Source: Podarcis melisellensis (lineage: Eukaryota). Taken from it: 64,000 bases of DNA. Every line of letters begins with the position of its first letter. Positions within the stretch are counted from its first letter, which is position 1. Shown in pieces: positions 61,523-64,000 of the stretch. Under the pieces are notes generated by a model, which saw only the letters and a list, made by a program, of their open reading frames with translations, was not told the origin of the DNA and searched no databases. Position numbers and translations under genes: made by a program. The stretch is from assembly GCA_964234715.1 (NCBI GenBank), contig OZ174280.1. One strand, given 5' to 3'.

Positions 61523-62845
61523 CTTTTCAGGGGGAAAGAGATAAAGGTTCAGCATGATATTCTGCACTTTCTCCTGGATAAAATTACTGGTTGCAAAAAA
61601 TAGTCCTTGCTTAGGTGGGTAACTTCCCGAGAACCACATGTACGCCACCCTGAGTTCCATGACAGAAGATAGATTTATTATAAAATAAATAGAAACCTTC
61701 CTACATTGCAGTCCATGTGAACCACCACCCCCCCCAAAGCTGCTATTTGTATCAGGAGGGAAGCTCTCATTGGTACCAATGGGCAGTCTCCGCCTCCCAT
61801 TGCAAATAGCAGAAGGTGGGAAACAGTTTTAAACAAGAACCATCCCTATATACAACAATGTTGAGCAGAGTCCTTGGCCCCTGGCTGCTGTTTTTAGTGT
61901 TTTAAAAAGATACATTCAGAGGCAAATCAGTATTTTCTCCTCCAAGGGAAATCAAACCTAAGATGTGCTTCCCTTGCTAACTTCTCACGGCTCAGGGAAG
62001 TGGGGAGTACACAGTTATATCAGCACCCGGTCAACTTACCTTGAGGTCCTTGATCCCCATCTGGTCCGTCAACACCTTTCCCCATGGCACCTTTGTCTCC
62101 CCTCTCGCCATGGTCACCTACAGTGTCGTAACAAAAGCATAAACGACTTCAGTTGAGCAGTGGTCCAACAACATATGGAGATCCAAGTTTGGGAAACACT
62201 GGGCTAGAAGTTTCTCACTACTGATGCACTTGTCTGCTATATTATTTATCGGGCAAGTTTTATACGCTGCTTAATCCACAAAAATCTTTAAGCGCTTTTA
62301 TTAAAATAAGCTATGTTGAATGCTGCATTGGAGGCACTGGGCAGAAAAGCAGTCTATAAACAAGAAATGAGGCATTTGTAGTATTGCCTTACTCCCAGAG
62401 CTCTACTCTTGCAAACATATGCAAGCCTGAACATTGCATTTCCACCCTTGACCGTCCTTCAGTTTACCCACTGAGAGCACATATGGTTGTCTTCATAAAT
62501 TGGTAGATTCCCACATCATTTGGGAAGCACCCAACTTAATACAAGCTGCAAACCTGGGAAGCAAGCCCCACTCAACTCAGAGGTGTTTATTTCCAAACAG
62601 GCAGGCACAGGACCGAGATTGCGGTCTTTCGCTGGTCTGATTCCGGTGTCAATCTGACTCACCTCTAGGACCAGGATCTCCTAGGTCTCCTGGTGGTCCT
62701 CGATATCCGGGTGGGCCACGAGCTCCAGGGTGCCCAATAATTCCCGTTGCCCCGGGAGGGCCTGGGGGACCAGCAGGCCCGGGCCGCCCTGTCATTCCAG
62801 GAGCGAGGGGCTTCCTCAAGTTAGCAGCTAACTGTGCAATTTGCT
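61347..62845 (-). CDS. COL9A3: Collagen type IX alpha 3, last three coding exons (5'-partial); complement(join(61347..61522,62040..62117,62663..62845))
   Basis: Gly-X-Y repeats with phase-1 introns. [26 protein letters not shown] (NC2/COL1), [26 protein letters not shown], and FACIT NC1 end [23 protein letters not shown]. Synteny with TCFL5. Confidence 0.95.
62040..62117 (-). CDS. COL9A3: COL9A3 penultimate exon (78 nt)
   Basis: ctgtag|GT GAC...CAA G|gtaagt; Gly-X-Y. Confidence 0.93.
62663..62845 (-). CDS. COL9A3: COL9A3 exon (183 nt)
   Basis: ttccag|AG CAA ATT...AGA G|gtgagt. Confidence 0.94.
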
Positions 62846-62848
62846 CTG

Positions 62849-63340
62849 GAATTGAAAACAATAACGGACTGGTTTCAATATCATCAATTATACAAGACAT
62901 TCAAAATAGACAAACAAAAAGGTTTCGCCAGAGAGACTTCCAGATTCAAAGCCGATATAGTAAATTCTAAATCTAAAACACTCTCCAAAGCATACCAACT
63001 CCTCCTTGACTGGGAAGGAGGAGGAGGTCACTGCAGCCATGGTTAAATGGGCGCAAGACTTTGGGTACAAGATAACCATGAGACAGTGGGAACATCTGTC
63101 GAAAACAGATTGGAAATTTACAGCTTGTTACTCACTCTTTAAGAGAGAACTTCCTTAAAATGCAACATCGGTGGTATATAACCCCTTGGAAGCTCTCCAA
63201 AATGTAGAAAAGTGTACCAAGCAATTCTTGGAGGTGTAAAGAAAAACCAGGTAATCTATATCACATGTGGTGGCAATGTAAAGAAATCGAGGTGTTCTGG
63301 GAGGATATCCATTCCGAATTGGAAAAAAATGTTTAAAAAA
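62849..63340 (+). mobile_element. L1-clade LINE ORF2 fragment (C-terminal Cys-rich region), degenerate
   Basis: [75 protein letters not shown] with frameshifts and a stop. Confidence 0.8.
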
Positions 63341-63654
63341 ATATATTTCAGAAAACAAAACAAAAAAAATGAACTGTATGCTGCCTGGGGCTGATGAGAA
63401 GTGGAGGAAGCAGTTTGGGGGGACCAGTATGTATGAATATATGTACACTTTTAGGACAAGTCCATGCATTTTTCACTGTTCCCTGGGAAGAGGGATTGAT
63501 TGTTAAACCACTCCGGGAATGGCAGCTCTGTGAGGCAAATAGGGGTTGCCTAACAACTTGCAGCACCTGTAACACAATACTATTCCCAGAAGTTTTGAGG
63601 TGGGGAGACATTGCTGCTTAAAGTGGTTTCAAATAGCTTTTAATGTATGGTGTG

Positions 63655-63990
63655 AATGTGACACATCCCTTGGGAAGACAGGTGAACTGATGGCAGTGTC
63701 CTGGAAGAAGCAAAGATCACCAGTGTCAAGACTCAAAGCAATGATTCTTCAGCATCAACTTCATTGGACTGGTCATGTTGTGCCAATGCCTGATTATCAT
63801 CTTCCAAAGCAACTACTCTATTCCGAACTTAAAAATGGAAAGTGCAATGCTGGTGGTCAACAAAAGAGGTTTAAAGACTCTCTCAAGGCAAATCTAAAAA
63901 AATGTAGCATAAACACTGACTACACGAAAACACTGGCCTGCGAGTGGTCCAATTGGAGAACAGCATTTTCCAAAGGTGTCACAAACTCAG
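63655..63990 (+). mobile_element. RTE-clade LINE fragment
   Basis: SVLEEAKITSV..QHQLHWTGHVVPMPDYHLPKQLLYSELKNG..GGQQKRFKDSLKANLKKC. Confidence 0.8.
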
Positions 63991-64000
63991 GATTGAAAGG

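Noticed and set aside
61265-61660. 131-aa minus-strand ORF and collagen-like 72-aa plus-strand ORF
   Set aside because: Wrong-frame and antisense readings of the COL9A3 last exon.

Overview
Vertebrate genomic DNA from a squamate reptile. A lacertid lizard is most likely, judged from a Sauria SINE and the MITE/LINE repertoire. The window holds the conserved DIDO1-TCFL5-COL9A3 block. On the + strand are the last 12 coding exons of DIDO1 (2217-42336; TFIIS-M and SPOC domains, long DIDO3-type terminal exon; the 5' exons lie upstream of the window). Next come a CpG-island promoter and the complete 6-exon CDS of the bHLH factor TCFL5 (49244-59280, 527 aa). On the - strand are the last three coding exons of COL9A3 (62845-61347), tail-to-tail with TCFL5. 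All exons were placed by hand from GT/AG sites and phase continuity. Introns carry hAT and Tc1/mariner-pogo MITEs, a Sauria SINE, L1/L2/CR1/RTE fragments, a probable solo LTR and two Penelope-like inverted remnants. The most unusual items are a MITE holding a 7-copy 99-bp array made of alternating long palindromes, a Penelope remnant with an intact minimal hammerhead ribozyme core, and an antisense L1 fragment that appears to supply the branch/pyrimidine region of a COL9A3 splice acceptor. Gene and repeat names rest on recalled sequence similarity; no database search was run. I found no convincing wholly new protein-coding system.
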